Shown here one piece after another: positions 33,966-43,054 of a stretch of 54,289 bases of DNA. The stretch spans positions 1-54,289 of IMG/VR virus record IMGVR_UViG_3300038317_000129. One strand, given 5' to 3'. How positions within the stretch are numbered: position 1 is the first letter of the stretch; each line of letters opens with the position of its first letter. Made by a program: the position numbers and the translations under genes. This DNA comes from a virus (taxonomy: Duplodnaviria > Caudoviricetes). The notes beneath the pieces are model-generated. The model had not been told where the DNA came from and did not search any database. It saw nothing but the letters and a program-made list of their open reading frames with translations.

Positions 33966-35906
33966 ATGAAATCACTCAGTATCGATATTGAAACATATTC
34001 CAGTGTAAACCTTGCCAAATCAGGTGTTTACCGCTATGTCGAAGCACCGGATTTTGAAATTCTGCTGTTCGGCTATAGCGTGGACGGTAGTGCGGTGCAG
34101 GTCATCGACCTTGCCTGCGGTGAGAAAATCCCTACGGATATCCTCAACGCACTTACAGATGAAAGCGTGACAAAATGGGCGTTCAACGCCGGCTTTGAAA
34201 GAGTGTGCCTGTCGCGGTATATCGGTTTGCCGACCGGCGAGTATATTGCCCCTGCTTCGTGGCACTGCTCGATGGTATGGGCGGCGACGATGGGCTTGCC
34301 GCTTTCACTGGAGGGCGTCGGCGCGGTGCTGGGGCTGGAAAAGCAAAAGCTCACCGAGGGCAAAGAACTCATCAAGTATTTCTGCCAGCCCTGCGCTCCG
34401 ACAAAAGCCAATGGAGAACGCACCCGCAACCTGCCGGCTCACGCGCCGGAAAAGTGGTCGGCGTTCAAAAAATATAACGCCCGCGACGTGGAAACGGAAA
34501 TGTCCATTCAGGCGAGGCTCGCAAAGTATCCGGTACCGGACAGCACTTGGGAGGAATATCATCTCGACCAAAAAATCAACGACCGCGGCGTCTGCTTGGA
34601 TATAGAACTGGTGCGGCAGGCCATTCAAATGGACGGGCATTCCCGCTCCGAATTGACTGCGGCCATGAAAAAGCTGACTGAGCTGGATAATCCAAACTCG
34701 GTACAGCAGATGAAGCAGTGGCTTGCGGAAAACGGCATGGAAACGGACACGCTCGGCAAAAAGGCTGTGGCGGAGCTTTTGAAAACTGCGCCGCCAGAGC
34801 TTGCCGAGGTACTTGCTCTCCGTCAGCAGCTTGCGAAATCCTCCGTGAAAAAGTATCAGGCGATGGAAAACGCCGTCTGCGCCGACGGTCGTGCTCGCGG
34901 AATGTTCCAGTTTTACGGAGCCAACCGAACCGGCCGCTGGGCGGGCAGGCTTATTCAAATGCAAAACCTGCCGCAGAACCATCTGGAAGATTTGGCGGAA
35001 GCCCGCGCTCTTGTGCGATGCGGCGAATTCGATGCGCTAAAAATGCTCTACGAGGATGTGCCGGATACCCTTTCCCAGCTGATACGCACGGCATTCGTAC
35101 CGCAGGAAAATCGAAAATTCATTGTGGCGGACTTCTCCGCGATTGAAGCCAGAGTCATTGCGTGGCTTGCCGGCGAGCAGTGGCGGCAGGACGTTTTCGC
35201 CAAAGGCGGCGACATCTACTGCGCTTCGGCGTCTCAGATGTTTAAGGTGCCTGTTGAGAAGCACGGCATCAACGGTCACCTGCGGCAAAAGGGCAAAATC
35301 GCAGAGCTGGCGCTGGGCTACGGTGGCAGCGTCGGTGCGCTCAAGGCTATGGGCGCTTTGGAGATGGGCCTTCAGGAGGATGAGCTTCCCGCTCTGGTTT
35401 CCGCATGGCGGCAATCCAATCCCCACATTGTGAAATTCTGGTGGGCGGTTGACCGTGCTGTGATGGACGCCGTTATCCGTAAAACCACCACGAAAACACA
35501 CGGCATCGTATTCTCCGCCAGAAATGGAATGCTGTTTGTCACCCTGCCGTCTGGCAGGAGCCTTGCCTATGTGAAACCTCGCATCGGTGAAAACAAGTTC
35601 GGCGGCGACTGTATTACCTATGAAGGCATCGGCGGCACAAAGAAATGGGAACGGCTGGATTCCTACGGGCCAAAGCTCGTGGAAAACATCGTCCAAGCGA
35701 CCTCCCGCGATATCCTCTGCTACGCCATGCAGGCCCTTCGCCGCTGTGATATTGTCATGCACATCCATGACGAACTGGTCATCGAAGCTGATACGAGTGT
35801 TTCTTTGCAAGCCATCTGCGAACAAATGAGCCGAACGCCGCCGTGGGCAAAGGGGCTGCTGCTCCGCGCTGATGGATACGAAACGGATTTCTATAAAAAA
35901 GATTGA
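33966..35906 (+). CDS. Phage family A DNA polymerase
   Basis: SIDIET, DFSAIEAR, KIAELALGYG, HIHDE. Confidence 0.9.
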   Translation: MKSLSIDIETYSSVNLAKSGVYRYVEAPDFEILLFGYSVDGSAVQVIDLACGEKIPTDILNALTDESVTKWAFNAGFERVCLSRYIGLPTGEYIAPASWHCSMVWAATMGLPLSLEGVGAVLGLEKQKLTEGKELIKYFCQPCAPTKANGERTRNLPAHAPEKWSAFKKYNARDVETEMSIQARLAKYPVPDSTWEEYHLDQKINDRGVCLDIELVRQAIQMDGHSRSELTAAMKKLTELDNPNSVQQMKQWLAENGMETDTLGKKAVAELLKTAPPELAEVLALRQQLAKSSVKKYQAMENAVCADGRARGMFQFYGANRTGRWAGRLIQMQNLPQNHLEDLAEARALVRCGEFDALKMLYEDVPDTLSQLIRTAFVPQENRKFIVADFSAIEARVIAWLAGEQWRQDVFAKGGDIYCASASQMFKVPVEKHGINGHLRQKGKIAELALGYGGSVGALKAMGALEMGLQEDELPALVSAWRQSNPHIVKFWWAVDRAVMDAVIRKTTTKTHGIVFSARNGMLFVTLPSGRSLAYVKPRIGENKFGGDCITYEGIGGTKKWERLDSYGPKLVENIVQATSRDILCYAMQALRRCDIVMHIHDELVIEADTSVSLQAICEQMSRTPPWAKGLLLRADGYETDFYKKD

Positions 35907-35910
35907 GATG

Positions 35911-35945
35911 TTTTGTACGATGGGCTTCCCTTTTTCCAGTGGGTA
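35911..35945 (+). promoter_or_regulatory. Element B-specific promoter repeat, copy 2
   Basis: 34/35 identical to 31474..31508; intergenic. Confidence 0.65.
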
Positions 35946-35986
35946 TTAGAGATGAACAAGAAGCCCGTCGTGAAAGGAGTTTCTAA

Positions 35987-36418
35987 ATGAGTATAAACAA
36001 GTTTAACAGCGAGGGCTATTACGACCCGACCACCTATGAAGCCCTGTCTCTGATTGAAAAGGAGGAACGCGCACTGCGGGCTTTTCGGCCGATTGTCTAC
36101 ATATGCTCTCCGTTTTCTGGGGCTGTGGACGAGAATATTGCGGCGGCGCAGCGCTACAGCCGTTTTGCCGTGGACAATGGCTGCATACCCGTCGCGCCAC
36201 ACCTGTTGTTTCCGCAATTTCTTGATGACAACAATCCCACGGAACGCCAGCTTGGGCTATTCTTCGGCACCGCCATCATGAGCAAATGCGCCGAGGTGTG
36301 GGTATTTGGCAGCACCATCTCAGCCGGTATGGAGGCTGAAATCAAGCGTGCCAAGTGGAAAGATTACCGCTTGCGCTATTTTACAGAAAACTGCAAGGAG
36401 GTAACCGATTATGCGTGA
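35987..36418 (+). CDS. DUF4406-like phage protein
   Basis: NSEGYYDPT, YICSPFSG, CAEVWVFG. Confidence 0.75.
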   Translation: MSINKFNSEGYYDPTTYEALSLIEKEERALRAFRPIVYICSPFSGAVDENIAAAQRYSRFAVDNGCIPVAPHLLFPQFLDDNNPTERQLGLFFGTAIMSKCAEVWVFGSTISAGMEAEIKRAKWKDYRLRYFTENCKEVTDYA

Positions 36419-38750
36419 ATTAAACATCGCCTACGGCAACAACCGGCAGGCAAAGAGATGGGTAAACAAGACCATAAGGTTTGACGATTTGAAGGAACGG
36501 CTCAAAGTGACCATCCGCACCACCGAGTCCGCTGAGGAATATGCGAAGATGAGCCGCGCCCAGCGTGACACCGCCAAAGACCACGGCGGCTTTGTGGCTG
36601 GCGTGCTGAAGGGCGGCAGACGAAAGGTCGATACCGTGGAGAGCCGCTCGATGGCGGCGCTTGACGGCGACCGCATTGATAAAGCTTTCCTTAATGATTA
36701 CGAAACAATCTGCCCTTATACATCCGCACTGTACACCACCCACAGCAGCACGGAGGAAAATCCCCGTGTCCGGCTGGTGTTCCCGCTGACCAGGGATGTG
36801 ACACCGGAAGAGTTTGTGGCGGTATCCCGCTACCTCGCTCAGATGCTGGGCATCGACTATTTTGACGAATGCTCCTACCAGCCCAATCAGCTGATGTACT
36901 GGCCTTCCACGCCGGCTAACGGCTCCTTTGTGTATAAAGAGACGAACAGCGGCTGGCTTGACCCCGATGCGATCCTCGCAAAGCATCCGGAATGGATTGA
37001 CCCCACAAGACTGCCCACCTCTTCCAGAGAAAGCAAGGCGAATGCCATCACCCGGCAGAAGGTGCAGGATCCTCTGACAAAGGAAGGTGTTGTAGGGCTG
37101 TTCAACCGCGCCTATTATCCCATCGCAAAGGCACTGGAGGTATTCCTATCCGATGTATATGAGCCGACCGATAACGAGAACCGCTGGCATTTGATTGAAT
37201 CCAGCAGTATGGCCGGTGTGGAGATCAAGGAGGAAAAGTTCGTCTACAGCCACCATGCCAAGGACCCTGCATACCTCAAGCTGTGTAACGCATTTGATAT
37301 CGTCCGCATTCATAAATTCGGCGATTTAGAGGAAAAGGCGGCTTACAAGGCAATGTGCAACTTCGCCATGCAGCAGGATGAAGTGAAGCTGCTGGCGGCA
37401 AGCGAAAAAATGGCGGATGCCGAGACGGATTTCTCCGGCAGCGAGGATACCGACTGGCAGAAGCGTTTTCAGTACGAACCTCGCTCCACGGTGCTGAAGA
37501 ACAATCTCCACAACATCACGCTGATCCTCCAGAACGACCCGCAGCTCCAGAATATCGTATTCAACCAACAGTTGGACGGCATGGAGATTAAAGGCCCTGT
37601 CCCATGGCAGCATCCGTCTAAATATTGGCGGGATGCCGACGATGCCCAGCTGATCAGCTATGTGGATTCTCATTACGGTACATTTTCACAGCGCAACTAC
37701 CAAATTGCCGTAACCAAGGTGGCGGACGACCGCTCCTATCATCCCATTCGGGAGTATCTGGCGGCTTTACCGGAGTGGGACGGCATTTCCCGTGTGGATA
37801 CGCTTCTTATCGACTATCTGGGCGCACAAGACAACACCTATGTCCGCGCCGTAACGCGCAAGACTCTGTGTGCCGCCGTGTGCCGTGTGCAGGAGCCGGG
37901 TGTGAAGTTCGATACCATGCTGGTCTTGAACGGTCCTCAGGGCATTGGCAAATCTACCCTCATCTCCCGCCTTGCCGGCGAGTGGTTCTCAGACAGCTTG
38001 AATCTGAGCGATACCAAGGACAAGACCGCCGCTGAAAAATTACAGGGCTATTGGATTCTGGAGATCGGTGAGCTGGCGGGACTTCGCAAAGCCGAGGTGG
38101 AGACGCTGCGTTCCTTCCTTTCCCGGCAGAACGATATCTACCGCGCCGCATTCGGCAGACGGGCGACGCCGCATCCGAGGCAGTGCATTTTCTTCGGCAC
38201 TACCAACGCTGAATCCGGATATCTGCGGGACACCACTGGCAACCGCCGGTTCTGGCCTGTCAAAACGCCGGGCGGCGGCGCAAAGCACTCCTGGGAACTC
38301 ACCGATGAGGATATCCGCCAGATCTGGGCGGAGGTGCTGGTGCTTGTAAAGGACGGCGAAAAGCTGCATCTCGCTCCCGAAATGGAGACACTCGCCAAGG
38401 AAGAACAGCGGGAGGCTCTGGAATCCGATGAACGGGAAGGCTTAGTGCGCGAGTATCTTGAAACTCTTCTGCCAGAGGATTGGGAGAGCATGGATATTTT
38501 TGACCGCCGGTCCTTCCTCGCCGGAGTGAATAATATTGGACGTGTGGGTACGGTCGCCAGAACGCGGGTCTGCAACATGGAAATCTGGTGTGAGCTTTTC
38601 GGGAAGGATCAGGGCAGCCTTGGCCGCGCCGAATCCAACAACCTCACAGCCATGCTGACCAAACTCGGCTGGGTGCGCAAGGAGAAAAAGGAGCGCATCA
38701 AGCCATACGGAGCGCAGTTCGTTTTTGTTCCCGGCGATGTTCCTGACTGA
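36411..38750 (+). CDS. VapE (virulence-associated E) primase-helicase
   Basis: YTTHS..PRVRLV primase region; GPQGIGKST; GTTN; TGNRRF. Confidence 0.9.
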   Translation: MRELNIAYGNNRQAKRWVNKTIRFDDLKERLKVTIRTTESAEEYAKMSRAQRDTAKDHGGFVAGVLKGGRRKVDTVESRSMAALDGDRIDKAFLNDYETICPYTSALYTTHSSTEENPRVRLVFPLTRDVTPEEFVAVSRYLAQMLGIDYFDECSYQPNQLMYWPSTPANGSFVYKETNSGWLDPDAILAKHPEWIDPTRLPTSSRESKANAITRQKVQDPLTKEGVVGLFNRAYYPIAKALEVFLSDVYEPTDNENRWHLIESSSMAGVEIKEEKFVYSHHAKDPAYLKLCNAFDIVRIHKFGDLEEKAAYKAMCNFAMQQDEVKLLAASEKMADAETDFSGSEDTDWQKRFQYEPRSTVLKNNLHNITLILQNDPQLQNIVFNQQLDGMEIKGPVPWQHPSKYWRDADDAQLISYVDSHYGTFSQRNYQIAVTKVADDRSYHPIREYLAALPEWDGISRVDTLLIDYLGAQDNTYVRAVTRKTLCAAVCRVQEPGVKFDTMLVLNGPQGIGKSTLISRLAGEWFSDSLNLSDTKDKTAAEKLQGYWILEIGELAGLRKAEVETLRSFLSRQNDIYRAAFGRRATPHPRQCIFFGTTNAESGYLRDTTGNRRFWPVKTPGGGAKHSWELTDEDIRQIWAEVLVLVKDGEKLHLAPEMETLAKEEQREALESDEREGLVREYLETLLPEDWESMDIFDRRSFLAGVNNIGRVGTVARTRVCNMEIWCELFGKDQGSLGRAESNNLTAMLTKLGWVRKEKKERIKPYGAQFVFVPGDVPD

Positions 38751-38887
38751 TTTTTCGGGAACGGTGCGAATCAGGAACAGTTCCCGACTTCCGGCAGTGT
38801 TCCCAGGGGAGACTCTGGGAACGCCGTCAGGAACACACCGAATGTGCCGCCGCAAGGCTGCTTTACAGGCTCTGTTCCTGTGTTCCT
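38726..38887. repeat. Putative origin: clustered GTTCC/GGAAC repeats followed by an AT-rich stretch
   Basis: About ten GTTCC or GGAAC copies in both orientations at the end of vapE. Confidence 0.55.
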
Positions 38888-39000
38888 GAAAAAGCATATA
38901 AATTGGAAATGTATCAAAAAGACTATACAGAACCTGTAAATCACGCATATGCACGCGCGTAAGGATTTTCAGGTTTTTAAGAACACGGAGGTAAATCAAA

Positions 39001-39540
39001 ATGTCAATGTATGAAATAGACAGTGCATATGTCCGCAGGTGTCAGAAGCGGCTTCAGGAATGGGGAGCGCCTCTCTCCGGCTGGTATTGTGACTACATTT
39101 ACGATGTGGCCGATGAAGAGGAGGATGCAGACCATATTGAACTGTTCACCTGTGAACTCTGCGATTGTGCGCAAGTACGATTTGTTCATGTGATGAGCCA
39201 TGATGAGTATTTTGAACCTGTTGCAGTCGGCTGTATCTGCGCCGGAATTATGGAGGGCGATATCCTCGCCGCCAGAGAGCGTGAGCGGCTGATGAAAAAC
39301 CGAGCCAAACGGAAGCGCAGCTTTCCACGCCGTCGGTGGAGTAAGAACTGGTATGGAAACTATCAGCTGACTTATCAGGGCAGAAAGGTGTTTATCAACA
39401 ACAAGGGCAGCAATCGCTACAGCGTATGTGTAGATGGCAAGACCGCCTGGAGTTACAAGGGCAAACCCCTCGACAATTTTGTCTCTGCCGCCTACGCCGC
39501 TTTTGAGTTGGCCGACCCCATAGAAAGGATACGCCCATGA
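39001..39540 (+). CDS. Hypothetical protein with Cys/His motifs
   Basis: GGAGG RBS; CELC..RFVH...GCICA. Confidence 0.7.
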   Translation: MSMYEIDSAYVRRCQKRLQEWGAPLSGWYCDYIYDVADEEEDADHIELFTCELCDCAQVRFVHVMSHDEYFEPVAVGCICAGIMEGDILAARERERLMKNRAKRKRSFPRRRWSKNWYGNYQLTYQGRKVFINNKGSNRYSVCVDGKTAWSYKGKPLDNFVSAAYAAFELADPIERIRP

Positions 39541-39818
39541 GAGAAAAAGAGATTGAAAAGAAGCTGATTCTGGCTGTCAAACAGGCAGGCGGCATCTGCC
39601 CCAAGCTCATCTCTCCCGGTTTTGACGGTATGCCGGACCGTATGGTGTTGCTGCCGAATGGACGGATGGGCTTTGTGGAAGTCAAGGCTCCGGGTGAGAA
39701 ACCAAGACCGCTGCAGCTTTCCTGCCACAGGCTTTTGCGGCGGCTGGGCTTTCGAGTGTATGTGCTGGACGATGCGGAGCAGATCGGAGGGATACTGGAT
39801 GAAATACGAACCCCATGA
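39537..39818 (+). CDS. VRR-NUC nuclease
   Basis: GMPDR, FVEVKAPG, PLQ. Confidence 0.85.
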   Translation: MREKEIEKKLILAVKQAGGICPKLISPGFDGMPDRMVLLPNGRMGFVEVKAPGEKPRPLQLSCHRLLRRLGFRVYVLDDAEQIGGILDEIRTP

Positions 39819-41163
39819 ATATCAAAAATATGCAGTGGAGTACATCGAGACACACCCCGCCTCCGCTATCTTCCTGGATTGCGGTCTTGGGAAAACCAGC
39901 ATCACACTGACAGCCGTAGGTGATCTGCTGTTTGACAGCTTCGAAGTCCATAAAGTGCTGGTCATCGCACCTCTGCGTGTAGCACGAGACACATGGACGG
40001 CTGAAGCAGATAAGTGGGATCATCTCCAGAACCTCATATGCTCCGTGGCTGTCGGAACAGAAGCCCAGCGCCGGGTGGCATTGATGAGACGCGCCGACAT
40101 CTACATCATCAACCGGGAAAACGTCCAATGGCTCATGGATGAGAGCGGCATTCCCTTTGACTTCGATATGGTGGTGATTGATGAGCTGTCTTCCTTCAAG
40201 AATCACCAGACAAAGCGGTTTAAGTCGCTGTTAAAGGTCAGACCCAAGGTGAGCCGCATCGTAGGGCTGACCGGCACTCCCGCATCCAATGGTCTGATGG
40301 ATCTGTGGGCGGAGTTCCGCATCCTGGACATGGGACAGCGATTGGGCAGGTTTATCACAAAGTACCGCACCGATTATTTCACGCCAGATAAACGAAACGG
40401 CCAAATCATCTACTCCTACAAGCCCCTGCCGTATGCGGAAGATGCCATCTACCGGCAGATTTCGGACATCACCATTTCCATGAAGTCTGCTGACCACCTG
40501 CAGATGCCGGAACTGGTCAGCAGCGAATACACGGTCCAGCTTTCCGAGGATGAGCGAAAAAAATACACGGACTTGAAACAGGAACTGGTGCTGTCGCTGG
40601 GTGATGCGGAGATCACCGCTGCCAATGCCGCCTCCCTCTCCGGCAAGCTCTCCCAGATGGCGAACGGTGCAATCTATGATGACAGCGGCGAGACCATTCA
40701 AATCCACGACCGCAAGCTGGACGCGCTGGAGGACATCATCGAAGCCGCAAACGGCAAGCCGCTTCTGGTGGCTTACTGGTTCAAGCATGACCTGACCCGC
40801 ATTTCGGAAAGACTGCAAAAGCTGCATATCCCGTTCTCCCGGCTGGATGATGCCGCCAGTATCCGCAGATGGAACAATGGCGAGTTCCCGGTGGCACTGA
40901 TTCACCCTGCCTCCGCCGGTCATGGGCTGAATCTCCAGAGCGGCGGTTCGGCCATCGTGTGGTTTGGCCTGACGTGGAGCCTGGAACTTTACCAGCAGAC
41001 CAATGCCCGACTCTGGCGGCAGGGACAGACCGCAAAAACCGTGGTGGTACAGCACATCGTTGCCAAAGGCACGATTGACGAGCGGATTGTGAAAACTCTC
41101 TCCCAGAAGGAGCATACCCAGACGGCTCTAATTGACGCCGTAAAAGCGGACTTGAAAATCTGA
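39799..41163 (+). CDS. SNF2-family helicase (phage)
   Basis: CGLGKT, DELS, LTGTP, QTNARLWRQGQ. Confidence 0.9.
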   Translation: MKYEPHEYQKYAVEYIETHPASAIFLDCGLGKTSITLTAVGDLLFDSFEVHKVLVIAPLRVARDTWTAEADKWDHLQNLICSVAVGTEAQRRVALMRRADIYIINRENVQWLMDESGIPFDFDMVVIDELSSFKNHQTKRFKSLLKVRPKVSRIVGLTGTPASNGLMDLWAEFRILDMGQRLGRFITKYRTDYFTPDKRNGQIIYSYKPLPYAEDAIYRQISDITISMKSADHLQMPELVSSEYTVQLSEDERKKYTDLKQELVLSLGDAEITAANAASLSGKLSQMANGAIYDDSGETIQIHDRKLDALEDIIEAANGKPLLVAYWFKHDLTRISERLQKLHIPFSRLDDAASIRRWNNGEFPVALIHPASAGHGLNLQSGGSAIVWFGLTWSLELYQQTNARLWRQGQTAKTVVVQHIVAKGTIDERIVKTLSQKEHTQTALIDAVKADLKI

Positions 41164-41218
41164 GACAATCTATGAAAATCCGTGCCAATCCGAGAATCAA
41201 AATTTCGGAGGTACGAAT

Positions 41219-41446
41219 ATGAGCGATATCACGATTTACGAGAACCTGGCGAATGCCATCATTCTCCAGGCGGTCAAGGATTACCGGATGGCTTTGAAAT
41301 GTCTCAAAGCAAATCCGAGAAACAAATCCGCGCTGGCGGATAAAGGCGAAATAGAGAGCTTTTTTCGTTCGAATTGGTTTTCAGTACTTACGAGTGTAGA
41401 CGGCGGGATGCTGATCCGCTCCCTGCAGAAGGAGGCGGACGCATGA
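41219..41446 (+). CDS. Conserved phage hypothetical protein
   Basis: YENLANAIILQAVKDYR; paralog of 643..870. Confidence 0.75.
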   Translation: MSDITIYENLANAIILQAVKDYRMALKCLKANPRNKSALADKGEIESFFRSNWFSVLTSVDGGMLIRSLQKEADA

Positions 41447-41853
41447 CAGCCAAAGAATATCTGAATCAGGCGCGGCACCTGGACGCACTCATCAACTGCC
41501 GCCTGCGTGAGATTGACTACTGGAGGGATTTATCGAGCAGCGTCTCAGGCAGCAATTTTGAACCCCATTACAATCCAAACCGTCCGACAGAGGCGCCTTT
41601 CGTCCGATGCCTTGAGAAAATCGATGCAATCCAAAGGGATGTGGCGGAAAAGGTAGCGTATCTGGTGTGTCTCAAGGAAACCATCAACACGGCAATCGAC
41701 AAGCTCACCAGCCGTGAGGAGCAGCTGGTACTCCGTTACCGCTACCTGGACAACTGCTCTTGGGAGGAGATATCACGGATGCTGAACGTGTCGCTTCGCA
41801 CGGTACACCGCATACACGGGGCGGCTTTGCAGAATTTTATCGTCCCGGATTGA
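41443..41853 (+). CDS. Phage late transcriptional activator (DUF1492/ArpU-like)
   Basis: MTAKEYL...SWEEISRMLNVSLRTVHRIHG; paralog of 236..646. Confidence 0.8.
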   Translation: MTAKEYLNQARHLDALINCRLREIDYWRDLSSSVSGSNFEPHYNPNRPTEAPFVRCLEKIDAIQRDVAEKVAYLVCLKETINTAIDKLTSREEQLVLRYRYLDNCSWEEISRMLNVSLRTVHRIHGAALQNFIVPD

Positions 41854-41857
41854 AAGT

Positions 41858-41908
41858 TGGCACGGTTTGGCACAGTATGGCACACCCGTCCTGTGATATC
41901 ATTACAAT
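41858..41908 (+). promoter_or_regulatory. Late promoter with three TGGCAC repeats
   Basis: TGGCAC at 41858, 41868 and 41878; TACAAT at 41903. Confidence 0.7.
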
Positions 41909-41927
41909 AGCGAAGTAGAATGAAACG

Positions 41928-41959
41928 AGCCTCACGGGAGCAGTCCCGCGGGGCTTTTT
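41928..41959 (+). terminator. Hairpin plus U-tract before HNH
   Basis: AGCCTCACGGGA-GCAG-TCCCGCGGGGCTTTTT. Confidence 0.55.
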
Positions 41960-41981
41960 GTATGTCCGAAGGAGGTGCGCA

Positions 41982-42341
41982 ATGCCAAGGAAGCCAAAAC
42001 GCCCCTGCTCCTACCCCGGCTGCCCCAACCTCACGGACGGACAGTACTGCGAGGAGCATCAGCGGCTTGCCGCACAGCAGTACAACAAATACACACGCAG
42101 TCCCGATACAAACAAAAAGTACGGCAGAGCATGGAAGCGAATCCGCGACCGCTACGCCGCGGCGCATCCGCTGTGCGAGCAGTGTCTGAAGGAAGGCCGG
42201 CTGACGCCTGTGGAAGAGGTGCATCACATTCTGCCCGTCTCCCAAGGCGGTGACCACAGAGAAAGCAACCTTATGAGCCTCTGCCAGTCCTGCCACACAA
42301 AAATTCATCTTGAAATGGGCGACAGGCAGATCCGCGGCTGA
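41982..42341 (+). CDS. HNH endonuclease (terminase-associated)
   Basis: CEQC, VHH, N..SLC.SCH. Confidence 0.9.
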   Translation: MPRKPKRPCSYPGCPNLTDGQYCEEHQRLAAQQYNKYTRSPDTNKKYGRAWKRIRDRYAAAHPLCEQCLKEGRLTPVEEVHHILPVSQGGDHRESNLMSLCQSCHTKIHLEMGDRQIRG

Positions 42342-42445
42342 CGGGCGGGGGTATCAAAATCTCTACACCTGCTTCAAGCGGACAGCGGCGCGGGGCTTCG
42401 TGTACGAAAATTCCAGTTCAAACAGGGGATTAACCCCTGCCCGGC
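42342..42445. other. Probable cos packaging region
   Basis: Intergenic region between HNH and terS, the usual cos position; exact site not determined. Confidence 0.35.
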
Positions 42446-42475
42446 TGAACGCTGCCGGCAAAGGAGGTGCAAGTT

Positions 42476-43054
42476 GTGGCAAAAGACGGAACCTACCGAG
42501 GCGGCAGACGTGTCCGGGCCGGTGACAAGCCGGCTCCTGCCGCGGAGAAAATCAACAGCGGACACAAAGCGAGAATCATGAACAACGATGTGCCGGAGCT
42601 TGATTACGACGAGCTTGAAGCGGTCGACCTGCCGGAAGGCGCGGTACTCGAAGGCGCGGATATGCCAAAGCCCGATGAATACCTGTCGGCAAAGCAGAAA
42701 AACGGCCAGCCGCTCGGTGCGGACATCATCTACAAGGAAACCTGGCTGTGGCTGAAGGAACGCCGATGCGAGAACCTTGTAAACAAACGGCTCATCGAAT
42801 CCTACGCGCAGGCGTTTGCCCGGTATATCCAGTGCGAGGACGCAATCAGCACTTTCGGCCTTTTGGGAAAGCATCCGACGACCGGCGGCGTGGTGACGTC
42901 TCCGTTCGTGCAGATGTCGCAGCAGTATCAGAAAACAGCAAATCTCATCTGGTACGAAATTTTTGACGTGGTGAAACAGAACTGCACGGAAGATTTTGAG
43001 GGAAATCCGAATGACACGATGGAGCGCCTGCTCCGCGCCCGGAAAGGAATATAG
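42476..43054 (+). CDS. terS: Terminase small subunit (P27-like)
   Basis: AKDGT.RGGRR..AG.K, GLLGKHPTTG, SPFV.M. Confidence 0.8.
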   Translation: MAKDGTYRGGRRVRAGDKPAPAAEKINSGHKARIMNNDVPELDYDELEAVDLPEGAVLEGADMPKPDEYLSAKQKNGQPLGADIIYKETWLWLKERRCENLVNKRLIESYAQAFARYIQCEDAISTFGLLGKHPTTGGVVTSPFVQMSQQYQKTANLIWYEIFDVVKQNCTEDFEGNPNDTMERLLRARKGI

